Shown here in pieces: positions 9,776 through 19,792 of a stretch of DNA of 64,000 nt. The stretch lies in NCBI GenBank assembly GCA_963801605.1, contig CAWDFP010000007.1:160001-224000 (forward strand). The letters run 5' to 3'. The translations under genes and the position numbers were made by a program. The stretch is from an uncultured candidate division Zixibacteria bacterium (GTDB taxonomy: Bacteria; Zixibacteria; MSB-5A5; UBA10806). The notes under the pieces are model-generated. The model saw nothing but the letters and a program-made list of their open reading frames with translations, was not told the origin of the DNA and ran no database searches. Each line of letters begins with the position of its first letter. Positions within the stretch are counted from its first letter, which is position 1.

Positions 9776-9876
9776 TCTATTGCCTCCGTTGGGCTATAAA
9801 ACTGAGGGGCTGAGAGAATGGTTCCGATTCTGAAAATTGATTTAGCGACGATGAGGTTATCAAGTAATCAACTCGA

Positions 9877-10815
9877 TTACCCCAGCTTCTTCCCTATTCG
9901 TTCCCAGCGGATATGATGATTGTGGGAATCCCAGGAGAAGTGAATAAATTTGGCTCGTCCCACCAAAAGCTTGGAATCGAGTAAGCCCCAGTAGCGGGAA
10001 TCATATGAGTTATCGCGGTTATCGCCCATAACAAAGAATTGGCCGGATGGGACGGTAAGTTCTGGCATATTATCGCGACTGCCGGTAGATTCCCAATAAG
10101 AGCCCTCAGCGCTTTTCTTCCAGCTTCCGTCAAAGGTGTGAGGCAAGATTTGAGTTGAATCGGACGGTTCAGCCTCGGGTGGAAGCGGCACGAGGCTATC
10201 ATTGACGAAAAGGTGCTTATCGACGATCTTAATCCGATCTCCTCCGATAGCGACCAATCGTTTGATATAGCTCTGGCTGTGATCCGGCGGGAATTTAAAG
10301 ATAATGATGTCGCCGCGATGGAGATCATTAGCATTTATTCCTTTGGCGGCTGTAAGATAATCGTCAGGCAAAAGCGTATTGGCCATACTGCCTGAAGGGA
10401 CTTTATAGGATTGATATATAAATGCTTTGGTAATTAAGCTTTCAGCAATTCCCAAAACTAATAAGCCAATAATAATACTAAGAATCCAGCGTTTGGCATT
10501 CGGGAGACGAGGATAATCGACCCGATTAGCTTTCCGAATATAATTAATATTGTAGATTAAGAGTAAAATATAGATTATAAGAGAAATTGTAATAGCCAAA
10601 AGCATCGATAAAAATGATAGCCCTGCAATAATATTAAATGGAATATCGATCAACTCCAGGATTATTATCAGAATGATACCGCCTTTAAGATTGCCGGCAT
10701 ATATCAGCGGCAGGCCGGGGCTAAATAGACTTAATAGCACCGTTACCCAAATCTTTCGTTTATATGGCTGGGGAGGCGGAGTTGCGATCAATTCCTGGCT
10801 GGGTTCATTTTCCAT
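9877..10815 (-). CDS. lepB: Signal peptidase I with extended multi-TM N-terminus
   Basis: VPSGSMANTL (Ser), YIKRLVAIGGD (Lys), FVMGDNRDNSYDSRYWG. Confidence 0.92.
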   Translation of the reverse strand: MENEPSQELIATPPPQPYKRKIWVTVLLSLFSPGLPLIYAGNLKGGIILIIILELIDIPFNIIAGLSFLSMLLAITISLIIYILLLIYNINYIRKANRVDYPRLPNAKRWILSIIIGLLVLGIAESLITKAFIYQSYKVPSGSMANTLLPDDYLTAAKGINANDLHRGDIIIFKFPPDHSQSYIKRLVAIGGDRIKIVDKHLFVNDSLVPLPPEAEPSDSTQILPHTFDGSWKKSAEGSYWESTGSRDNMPELTVPSGQFFVMGDNRDNSYDSRYWGLLDSKLLVGRAKFIHFSWDSHNHHIRWERIGKKLG

Positions 10816-10943
10816 TTTAATCCTTGGATGAGTTGATTTTTTCTATTTAATTAAATCGTATTATATTCAAATGAAAATGGCAAGACATTTTGAACGTCCT
10901 TTAGTATTGACATATTTAGTTTAGAATATTAAATCTCCTGTGG

Positions 10944-11390
10944 ATGAAGAAATTTATCGGAGTTATAGGCAGCTCGGAGCCATCGAAAGAAGCATATCAA
11001 TTAGCCTATAAGGTTGGGGAGTTGATCGCCGAAGCTAACGCGGTTTTGGTTTGCGGTGGAATGAAAGGCGTAACTGAAGCCGCCTGCAAAGGCGCTAAAT
11101 CAAAGGGCGGAACAACAATCGGAATTCTGCCCGGCTTGGATGCATCCGAGGCCAATTTGTGGGTCGATTACCCGATTGTAACCGGCCTGGGGCATGGCCG
11201 CAATATGCTGATTATCAATACGGCCCAGGCCCTGGTGGCGATTTCGGGCGGTCCTGGCACGCTATCGGAGATAGGTTTTGGGCTGGCATCGGGTAAGAAA
11301 GTCTATGGGCTGCAAACCTGGGATATAAAAGGAGTGGTAAGCTGCGAAACGCCTGAAATCGCGGTTTCTAACGCTTTGATAAACAAATAG
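10944..11390 (+). CDS. TIGR00725 / LOG-family Rossmann-fold protein
   Basis: LVCGGMKGV, TIGILPG, TGLGHGRN, GGPGTLSEI. Confidence 0.9.
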   Translation: MKKFIGVIGSSEPSKEAYQLAYKVGELIAEANAVLVCGGMKGVTEAACKGAKSKGGTTIGILPGLDASEANLWVDYPIVTGLGHGRNMLIINTAQALVAISGGPGTLSEIGFGLASGKKVYGLQTWDIKGVVSCETPEIAVSNALINK

Positions 11391-11675
11391 ATGAGCGTAG
11401 CGCTTAAAGCAATACATGTAAACGTTTCCGGCGTTGTTCAGGGAGTCGGTTTCCGATGGTTCGTTAAGCAGGTCGCTGATCGCTGGGGCGTTAAGGGTTA
11501 TGTCAAGAACCTCTATGACGGTTCAGTCGAAGCCTACGCCGAAGGAGACGATTTCGCATTGAAGGGGTTTCTCGATGAGGTCAAACTGGGACCGCATCAT
11601 GCGCATGTATCGGGAGTGAATTTTAGTTGGATGGAATATCAAGGGAACTATAAGGAGTTCAGGATTGAATTATGA
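11391..11675 (+). CDS. acyP: Acylphosphatase
   Basis: [23 protein letters not shown]. Confidence 0.95.
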   Translation: MSVALKAIHVNVSGVVQGVGFRWFVKQVADRWGVKGYVKNLYDGSVEAYAEGDDFALKGFLDEVKLGPHHAHVSGVNFSWMEYQGNYKEFRIEL

Positions 11676-12203
11676 CTACAGATGAACTGAAAAGCAAAAT
11701 CAGAAACGTGCCGGATTTCCCAATCAAGGGAGTTATGTTTCGCGATATTACCACCCTTATCCAGGATAAGGCGACTTTCAAGTATGTTGTCGATCAGCTC
11801 TATGAGCGTTACCGCGATAAAAAGATCGATCAGATCGTAGGAATCGAATCACGAGGCTTTATTTTCGGAGGAGCGTTGGCGCACAGGCTGGGATGCGGCT
11901 TTGTGCCCGCCAGGAAGCCCGGAAAGCTGCCCAGCAAGACTATCGAGGAATCGTACGAACTCGAATACGGACGAACATCACTTACAATTACACACCGACT
12001 CAATTAAAAAGGGCGACCGAGTCGTAATTCTCGATGATCTATTGGCCACCGGCGGTACCCTGCGCGCCACCGCTAATATGATCGAGAGATTGGGCGGGAC
12101 TATCGTTGAGATTGCGGTGGTTATAGAATTATCATTTCTCAAAGGACGAGACAAGCTGACAAACTACAGCCTTTACGCGATGCTTGATTACGAATCGGAA
12201 TAG
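11672..12203 (+). CDS. apt: Adenine phosphoribosyltransferase (frameshift near 11985)
   Basis: [28 protein letters not shown] in ORF 11672-12007; DDLLATGGT in ORF ending 12203. Confidence 0.93.
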
Positions 12204-12222
12204 CTTAGAAGCATATCATCTT

Positions 12223-12257
12223 GCGGCTGGATCAATGAATTCAGCCGCTTTTATTTT
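12223..12257 (+). terminator. Intrinsic terminator after apt
   Basis: GCGGCTGGA...TTCAGCCGC followed by TTTTATTTT. Confidence 0.75.
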
Positions 12258-12318
12258 GGGATTAAAAATTCCGGCCTCGAAAGATGCCGGTTAATAAATG
12301 TAATTTATTTTCCCAAAT

Positions 12319-12398
<80 letters not shown>

Positions 12399-12533
12399 AG
12401 TCATTTATCAGTCAGTAGAGCTGACGTGATTTGCACCTGTTTTGGTTATCAGGCATCACCAAAATACCATTGTGACCGGAAAAGTCAATATCAATTTGGC
12501 TAATCCAAACGGCAAAAACGATATTTTCATTGT

Positions 12534-12566
12534 AAAATAAAACCGGGGTCCTGGCTGAACCCCGGC
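12534..12566 (-). terminator. Intrinsic terminator after the outer-membrane protein gene
   Basis: CCGGGGT...ACCCCGG stem preceded by AAAATAAAA on the plus strand. Confidence 0.65.
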
Positions 12567-12590
12567 AAGAATTATCGCTATTTCAAAGAA

Positions 12591-13947
12591 TTAGAAATTC
12601 ATTCCTGCGGAAACGAGCAACTGGCTGTAATCGAACTTGTTTTCAATAGTCGTTTCGGTTGAACTAGTGATTACAGTATTGTATTTGCTGTTGCCAAACT
12701 GATAGGACAGATCAATCCAGGCCTTTTGGAAATGCAATCCGCTGCCAAACGAAATGATATTCGTATTAATCTGATTCCCATATTTGGTATCGCTAACCAC
12801 GCCGGAATCGCTCAGGGTGTATGATATTACTTCTTTGGCTGTAAGCGGGTTATTGCGGAAACCTACTCGCAGAGGAATACTGGCAAAACCGGCGCTCACC
12901 ATGTATTCCGCGCCAATTCTAAATTGATTAAGGTTTTCCCACTTCGGATCGATATTGAGATCCTGAATAGATAACATTTCATAATCAACCGTAATGCTGG
13001 AACTTGACATCGGCCTGGAATCAAAATCAAAAGCTACCGTAAGTTTATCTATCGGCTTGGCGGCTACCCCAAATGAAAATGAGAAGGGGATACTAATCTT
13101 TTCAGTATAACGATCAACTGTACCAATAGGAGTTGGTGGAATAGCAATCAACAAAGTTCTTTTAACGGTTTGTTTGAGGTCATACGGCGTATGAACAACC
13201 ACTCCGCCTTTAAACATGTTGAACTGGCCGGCAAGACCCAGGTCGAAATTGACTCCGGAATAATGCGAGTTAAAATTATAGTCTAAATCTACAGTGTCGG
13301 AATAAGTGTTGCCGGGAATGCGGTAATCGTAGCTTTTAGCATAGGTGCGGCTGCTTTCGCCACCGCGGATATAATCATTAGCAACCACTCCGATACTCAA
13401 GTTCTCATTGACCTTACCGCTGATACCCACGGAAACCGCGTCAATTCCTTCATTCTCTACAAAATTGTCTCCCAAATTACCCGGAACATCGAACTTAAAA
13501 GTGAGGTCTTGAACATTACGAAAACCGCCGCCGGCAGCCCATTGCCGGTCCATGAAGGTAAAAGGAACCACGACACCGCTAAATCCGAGCGATGAATGAT
13601 TGCGCTTAATTTCAACACCGCTAATTTCGACTTGGTTAGTGAGCAATGAATATCTTGAGTAGCCGGTATTAAATTTATCGGCTGCGGAATTTAGCTGTAA
13701 TCCGATCGCGGGTTTTTCGGCGTAAATCATCCCGGCCGGATTCCATGGAAAATGAATACTCTCCCTCGGATAGCCCAAGGAAAGCACCACCCATCCCAGC
13801 AGCGCGAGCTCCGCCGCCCATAGTGTTAAATGCCATATAATCCTGGAAATAATTATCGTGATTACCGGGATACTGCGCCAAAGCCAGGCCTGATAACATT
13901 ACGACAATAATCGCGGCTAACAATAAAACAAAAGAGCTTTTCATCAT
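12591..13947 (-). CDS. Outer-membrane beta-barrel of OmpP1/FadL-like family (frameshift near 13750)
   Basis: Signal peptide MMKSSFVLLLAAII; GARAAGMGGAF and WNPAG plug motifs; C-terminal Phe. Confidence 0.8.
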
Positions 13948-14321
13948 TCCTCCGAAGTTCGTTATTTGCCTAACCGCCATCGTGAAATAAATTTCACGAA
14001 TCAGATCTCTCATTTTTTTGTGCGATGGGACAATACACCCGCATCCGCCCTCACTGGTGAATACCGTGCAGACGGAATAATATTCCCCAAAAGCTCCAAG
14101 AATCTAAAATTTATAGCGTATATTTGCAAGCTAAATTTTTAAGGAAAACGGATAAAATTCGAATATTCCAAAACCGATATTGAGATTAAATGTCAATGCT
14201 AATCACTAAACCGCTCAATAGCGCTAATGAGGACAATAATGATAATATTATTATTCGGCAGATTCGCCGCTAATTGCAGGCGATTACGGGTCAGTATTTT
14301 ATTAACTGGTGATGTCTCTTA

Positions 14322-14358
14322 CTCAGCACTCAGGACTCATCACTCAGTCCTGATTAAA
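14322..14358 (-). repeat. Heptamer array 3' of tRNA-Arg(CCU)
   Basis: Plus strand CTCAGCA CTCAGGA CTCATCA CTCAGTC CTGATTA. Confidence 0.85.
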
Positions 14359-14432
14359 TACCCCCGGCCCGATTTGAACGGGCGACCTGCGGTTTAGGAA
14401 ACCGTCGCTCTATCCACCTGAGCTACGGGGGC
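14359..14432 (-). tRNA. tRNA-Arg (anticodon CCU), CCA not encoded
   Basis: GCCCCCGTAGCTCAGGTGGATAGAGCGACGGTTT-CCT-AAACCGCAGGTCGCCCGTTCAAATCGGGCCGGGGGTA. Confidence 0.95.
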
Positions 14433-14585
14433 ATTATATCGCATAATAAGATTACACTAAACGATAAGCAAACGCTTTTTATAGAAATGAAATAACGATC
14501 GATACCATTAAATCGATTTGATTATAAGATTCAAAATAGATATTTCTCGGTCTGATGATATCTTTAGTTGCGAGTAAATACCGGC

Positions 14586-15061
14586 TCAGACTTCTATGAT
14601 CTCGCCCCAGGGATCATCGTCGAGATGCAAAATGCCGTAGGTATTGACTACCCTCACGACCATCCCGCAGGCTGCCCGGATTAAAATAGAGAGTACCGTT
14701 TTCGCGAACCATATATGGTACGTGGGTATGCCCGAACAAAGCGATATCGACTTTGCCGGCAAACTCCTGCTCTGACCATCTGAAGCGTTTGCAGTTGGCC
14801 GCCCTGGCCGTGAATAAGACCGATTTTTCTTCCGTTGAGCTCTATGATTTTTTTCGATGACAGCCCGCGTCGGACATCGGGCATATCGCAGTTGCCGCGT
14901 ACGGCTTCCACGGGACACAAGGTATGAAGAAATTCCATGATCTCGAAAGAAACCATATCGCCAAGATGGAAAATGATATCCTCCCGGTCGACCCTGCGGA
15001 CGAACGTTTCCGGGAGGATATGGCTTTTAGTTAGATGAGTATCCGAAATAACCCAAATCAC
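14586..15061 (-). CDS. YfcE-family metallophosphoesterase (frameshifted)
   Basis: ISDTH, HLGD, VRGNCD, LIHG; C-terminal part in another frame. Confidence 0.85.
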
Positions 15062-15086
15062 AGCTTCAGCCTGAAATAGATACCAC

Positions 15087-15182
15087 CTATCTTAATTTCT
15101 TCTTATGACGGTCTTTGCGTAGACGTTTTTTACGCTTATGCGTTTTAATTTTATGACGTTTCCTCTTTTTTCCGCTCGGCAT
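15087..15182 (-). CDS. 30S ribosomal protein bS22-like (AURKAIP1/COX24, mS38-related) 31-aa basic peptide
   Basis: Manual translation MPSGKKRKRHKIKTHKRKKRLRKDRHKKKLR*; below the ORF-track length cutoff. Confidence 0.85.
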   Translation of the reverse strand: MPSGKKRKRHKIKTHKRKKRLRKDRHKKKLR

Positions 15183-15190
15183 AGACTTTC

Positions 15191-15484
15191 CTAGATTCTT
15201 GTCGAAGCTGCGCTCATTACCAGATTCTTGAACTCATTCGACGGTTTAAACACTGGAATTTTCCTGTCGGGAACAGGCACAACATCACCCGTACGGGGAT
15301 TACGGGCTTTACGAGCTTTCCGGGGCTTGATCTTGAAAGTTCCGAAACCCCTGATCTCGATATTGGACCCGCTCTCCAACGCTTTTTTTACCGCATCTAG
15401 AAAGGCATCCACCGTGGCGGCGACATCGGTTCGCGTAAGGCCGGTCTTTTCCGCCACCTGCTCAACCAGATCGGCTTTTGTCAT
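15191..15484 (-). CDS. HU/IHF family DNA-binding protein
   Basis: MTKADLVEQVA...IEIRGFGTF...ARNPRTG...FKPS; GGAGGT SD. Confidence 0.95.
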   Translation of the reverse strand: MTKADLVEQVAEKTGLTRTDVAATVDAFLDAVKKALESGSNIEIRGFGTFKIKPRKARKARNPRTGDVVPVPDRKIPVFKPSNEFKNLVMSAASTRI

Positions 15485-15507
15485 TTACCACCTCCCGTTA
15501 TTTAATG

Positions 15508-15736
15508 TTAATGATGACATCCACTGCATTGATGACTTGAACAATGACCGCATGATGATGACGAGGCGGTCGAGGATTCATGACCGGCGCGGCCGGTCGA
15601 GAATCCGAAGGTTGAAAATTTCTTTTTTATTTCAGTCGAATCGCAACCGGGACAAAAATGATTCGATTTCACTTCCCCTGATAAACAGTTCGAAATCGTG
15701 GCCGCAACTCTGGCATCTGTATTCAAAAATTGGCAT
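15508..15736 (-). CDS. FmdB-family zinc-ribbon protein (frameshifted)
   Basis: MPIFEYRCQSCGHDFELF, then CPGCDSTEIKKKFSTF...CGHCSSHQCSGCHH. Confidence 0.85.
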
Positions 15737-15745
15737 CAGCAATTC

Positions 15746-16644
15746 CTAAAAATTATAGCGATACTCCAATGCCGGCCAGAGGCGGAAATTCGATTTTATC
15801 TGGTCAATCCCCAATTTACCGGTAAGATCGTCAAGAAGACTGTGACTTAATCGTCTTTCCTTAACTACGCGAGGATGATCCCCCAGACCGCTCATCTCCC
15901 CCGCCATGGCGATAGCATCATCAAGAGTGCCAATTTTATCGACTAAGCCGTTACCTTTTGCCTGGCAACCAGTAAATACGGAGCCGTCGGCCAGGCTTTT
16001 TACATTTTCCTTTTCCAGATGGCGACCCTTCGCCACCACATTCACGAATTGATTATAAGTATCATCGATAACAGATTGCAGCATACTTATATCCTCGGGA
16101 CTCGGCTGCCGCGCAAAATTGCCAACATCTTTCAATTTTCCCGATTTGATAACCTGCATTTGGATACCAACTTTATCCATAAGATTGGTAATCACAGGAT
16201 AGGAAAAGATGACGCCAATCGAACCCGTTAAGGTGCCGGGATTAGCAAAGATAGTATCGGCGGCGCAGGAAACATAATAACCCCCGGAAGCCGCGACAGA
16301 CCCCATCGATACGACGATATATTTATTCTTTTCCTTAAATTTTTGGAGCGCTCGCAAGAATCTCCTGCGAAGCTGCCACTCCCCCGCCAGGGCTATCCAC
16401 TCTCAAGACAAGTGCCTTTACGGAGTTATCATCAGAATATTTTTTAACCTGCCTGACGATATCATCCGAGGTTTCAATGACGCCCGTTAATTCGATTAAG
16501 GCTACTTTGTTTCCTAATGAGCTGAAAGCCAGATTGGAACTAGAGACTTGAAGATATAATCAGGATGATGCTTAAGCCCGCAAAAAGGATAAGCGCTCCT
16601 CCAATAATAATAAAAATGATTAGTCTGTCCCTGTTCTGCGCCAT
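15746..16644 (-). CDS. sppA: Signal peptide peptidase SppA, short type (frameshifted)
   Basis: RVDSPGG, SMGSVAASGGYYV, TLTGSIGV; N-terminal TM from ATG 16644 in a different frame. Confidence 0.88.
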
Positions 16645-16703
16645 AACAAGTAAAATGAATCTATTTCGAGGGTGGGATAATGTCAAATGGTTTTTGAGCT
16701 TAG

Positions 16704-18801
16704 TTACAAATAAATCTTCAACTTATCGCCGGGAGAGAGCTTGCTTCTGAGGCTGATATTGTTCCATTTGGCGAGATCGCTGATCTCAACACCGTGGGCT
16801 TTGGCTATTTTCCAAAGAGTGTCACCCCGGCGGACGGTATAAATTTTCTGATCCAACGATTTGTCGGAGTTCTGATTGCGGCTGGCATATTGAGTACCGC
16901 TTGAACTGTTCGATGGAATCTTAAGAGACATACCGACATAGAGTTTATTCGATGAAAGCTGGTTAGCCTCTTTTATAGCGTCCGCAGATATGTCGTATTT
17001 ATCTGCTATTTTTGAAAGATTGTCACCTCGTCGGACTTTATAAATCTCATAGGTAATATTGGCGGCTATCACGCTGGCATCCTGATTCCGCTCGGGAATT
17101 TTCAGCCAGCGGCCGGCATAAACGTTATTCGATGACAGATCGTTGAGACGTTTAAGATCGGAAATACTGACACCATAGGCAGTCGCGATCTCCCAGAGTG
17201 TATCCCCGTTTTTTACCATATATCGGTTGGGATTGTCTTTGATGATAGGATTTGAAACGACATTCGTTTTAGCTTTAGATGATTTTGCCGAAGCAACTGT
17301 GGTTGAAACATCGGCCGGAGCTGATTTTCCGTACTGCAATGGTATTGTCAATATCTGACCGGCATAAAGCCTTTTGCCCCTGGAAAGGTCATTGGCCTGA
17401 AGAACGGTTGATGCCGAAATCCCATATTTTCGGGCCACGGATGCCAGAGTCTCGCCCTTTTTAACTTTATGCTTGGCCCATTTGACCGCCTGTTCGGATG
17501 CGAGGTCGTTATAGGCTGAGGTAAAGGCTGCGCTGATAGCCCCTGGGAATTCTAAAAGTATAATCGCCGATATCGGGCGGAGTGATTCCTCTGAGAAGCT
17601 CAGGATTTAGCCTTTCGAGATCGGAAACAGCGATGCCGGTTTTGGTTGAGATATTATTGAATGAGAGGCATTTATTTATTTTGACCGTTTCATAATCCAG
17701 AGGTTGTTGATAATTGGGGAAGAAACCGTACTTTTGCGGCTGTTTGGCAATAATGGTAGCGGCCATAAAGAGCGGCACATAGGTTTTGGTCTGTTGAGCC
17801 AAATCGAGTTTCCAGAAATTGTTGGTATGAGATCTTTTAATCTCACGGCTGACTCGTCCGGAGCCGGCGTTATATGCGGCCAACGCCAGATTCCAATTGC
17901 CAAATAGATCGTATAAGTCTTTCAAGTGCGAGGCGGCCGCCTCGGTAGATTTTATAAAATCTCGTCTCTCGTCAAAAAACCAGTTATGATCCAGTCCATA
18001 GAGCTTTCCGGTGGATGATATAAATTGCCAGAAACCTGAGGCTTTAGCATAGGAATAAGCGGAGGCGTTAAATCCGGATTCGATCAATGGCAGATAGACG
18101 AGGTCGTGAGGCAGGCCCTTATCCTTGAATATCTTTTCCATTAACGGCAGATATACGGCCGAACGTTCCAGATAGGTTGTGAATTTATTTCTAGCAACGG
18201 TTTGAAGATAGATCAGGGAATTTTCGACCCTTTCATTCCACTCAATGGTAATATCGTATTTGGCGCTATCGGCTTTGTTAAACTCGTGAACAATCCCGGC
18301 TTCTTTGAGATTCTTAAAATTCTTCAAATCGCTGAAAAGCTCGCGGAAGGCCGTGATAGAAGCTTCCGAGGAAAGAGTCCCCGAGGAAATCAACGATAGA
18401 CGGTAATCCTCTTCTATCTCGTTAAGGAGCCTTTCCATCCGAGCAGCCTGATCGGGATTTTGATCAGGATCGAGATCAAGTTCGGAAAGAATTGCCAGTG
18501 ACTGCTCATAGGCGGCCTGTGCCGAATCGAGTTGGCTAATTTGGAAAAAATGAACACCGACAGCGTAAAAGTTTTCGGCTTTATCGAGAGCCTCATTAAT
18601 ATCCGGTCGATCCGCGATGGACTTGGACGAATCGGCTGAAGGGGCCAGGGTATCTGTTAGGGCGCCATTGTTTGTATTATTTCCAGTTAAGGCGTAGTCG
18701 CCCAGGGTTGGTATGGTCCATTGAGGGTCGGGATGGGAACATCCTATGATTAGCGCCGCAAATGCAACGATGGTAAAAATTGTTATCTTCGCGGTAGTCA
18801 T
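16704..18801 (-). CDS. mltD: MltD-like lytic transglycosylase lipoprotein with LysM repeats (frameshift near 17530)
   Basis: Lipobox LIIGC; IESGFN, ASGFWQF, AAYNAG; several VRRGDTLW LysM repeats in ORF 16704-17438. Confidence 0.9.
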
Positions 18802-18829
18802 AGCCTTGCCTCTATTAATAGGTTTTAGC

Positions 18830-19792
18830 TTAGCTGTCAAGCTCTTTTGTCAGATGCCTTTCAATAATCTCTATAATATTTTCGTAAGAGCTTGCAGATT
18901 CGGGACTTATCCAGGTGACCGGAGCTTTATTCCGGAACCATGTCAACTGCCGTTTGGCATAGTTGCGGCTATGCTGCTTGACAAACGCAATAGCCTCATC
19001 TATTGAAATTTTGTTTTCAAGCGCCTTGATTATCTCGGCATAACCAACTATCCCCTTGTTTATTATCGGGTCTTTTAGGCCAATCCTTGAGAGCTCCCTA
19101 ACTTCATCAACCAAACCATCTTCAATCATTTTATCCACACGCCAATCTATCCGCCTGTAAAGCTCAGGCCGTTCATAAGATAACCCCAACCACAGGTATG
19201 AGGCCCTAAGCGCCTGATACCGTCCATACGACTGCATTTCGCTTATCGGCCTGCCGGTCGAACGGTAAACTTCGAGGGCTCGGATCAGCCTGATACTGTC
19301 GTTTGGCGAAATTCTCCCGGCCGATTGCGGATCGACGGCGGTAAGCTCCTGGTGAAGCTTCTCAGGACCGTCCTCAACAACAATTAATTCAAGTTTGGTT
19401 CTAATTGTGGAATCCCTATCAGGACCTTCAAAGAGGCCGCCGGTTAGCGCTTCAAGATACAAACCGGCTCCTCCTACAATAAAGGGTATGGCGCCATTCA
19501 TGGCTGTTTCCTTGATAAAGGTGCCAGCCATCTCAGCATATCTCTTAGCCGTAAAATCCTCGGTGACGTCAGCAATATCAATCATGTAATGGGGAATTTT
19601 GGCGCGATCCGTTTTTGATGGTTTGGCGGTACCAATATCCAGTAAGCGATAAATTTGACGGGAATCTGCGCCAACGATTCGCCCTCCAAAGCGTTCGGCC
19701 AGCCTCATGGCTAATGAGGATTTACCAGAGCCCGTCGGACCGCAGATAATCACCGCGTGAATTTTGTTATTTTCGTTTGAAGATCTTTTCAA
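18830..19792 (-). CDS. miaA: tRNA dimethylallyltransferase
   Basis: GPTGSGKS, DSRQIY, IGTAKP, YAKRQLTWFR. Confidence 0.97.
   Translation of the reverse strand: MKRSSNENNKIHAVIICGPTGSGKSSLAMRLAERFGGRIVGADSRQIYRLLDIGTAKPSKTDRAKIPHYMIDIADVTEDFTAKRYAEMAGTFIKETAMNGAIPFIVGGAGLYLEALTGGLFEGPDRDSTIRTKLELIVVEDGPEKLHQELTAVDPQSAGRISPNDSIRLIRALEVYRSTGRPISEMQSYGRYQALRASYLWLGLSYERPELYRRIDWRVDKMIEDGLVDEVRELSRIGLKDPIINKGIVGYAEIIKALENKISIDEAIAFVKQHSRNYAKRQLTWFRNKAPVTWISPESASSYENIIEIIERHLTKELDS

Noticed and set aside
9799..9815. Fifth heptamer array (ACTGAGGGGCTGAG)
   Set aside because: Only two units, out of 7-bp register and lacking the TARTYAG opener
11960..12010. Programmed frameshifting in apt and other split genes
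   Set aside because: No common slippery site or stimulatory structure; the number of breaks fits sequencing error
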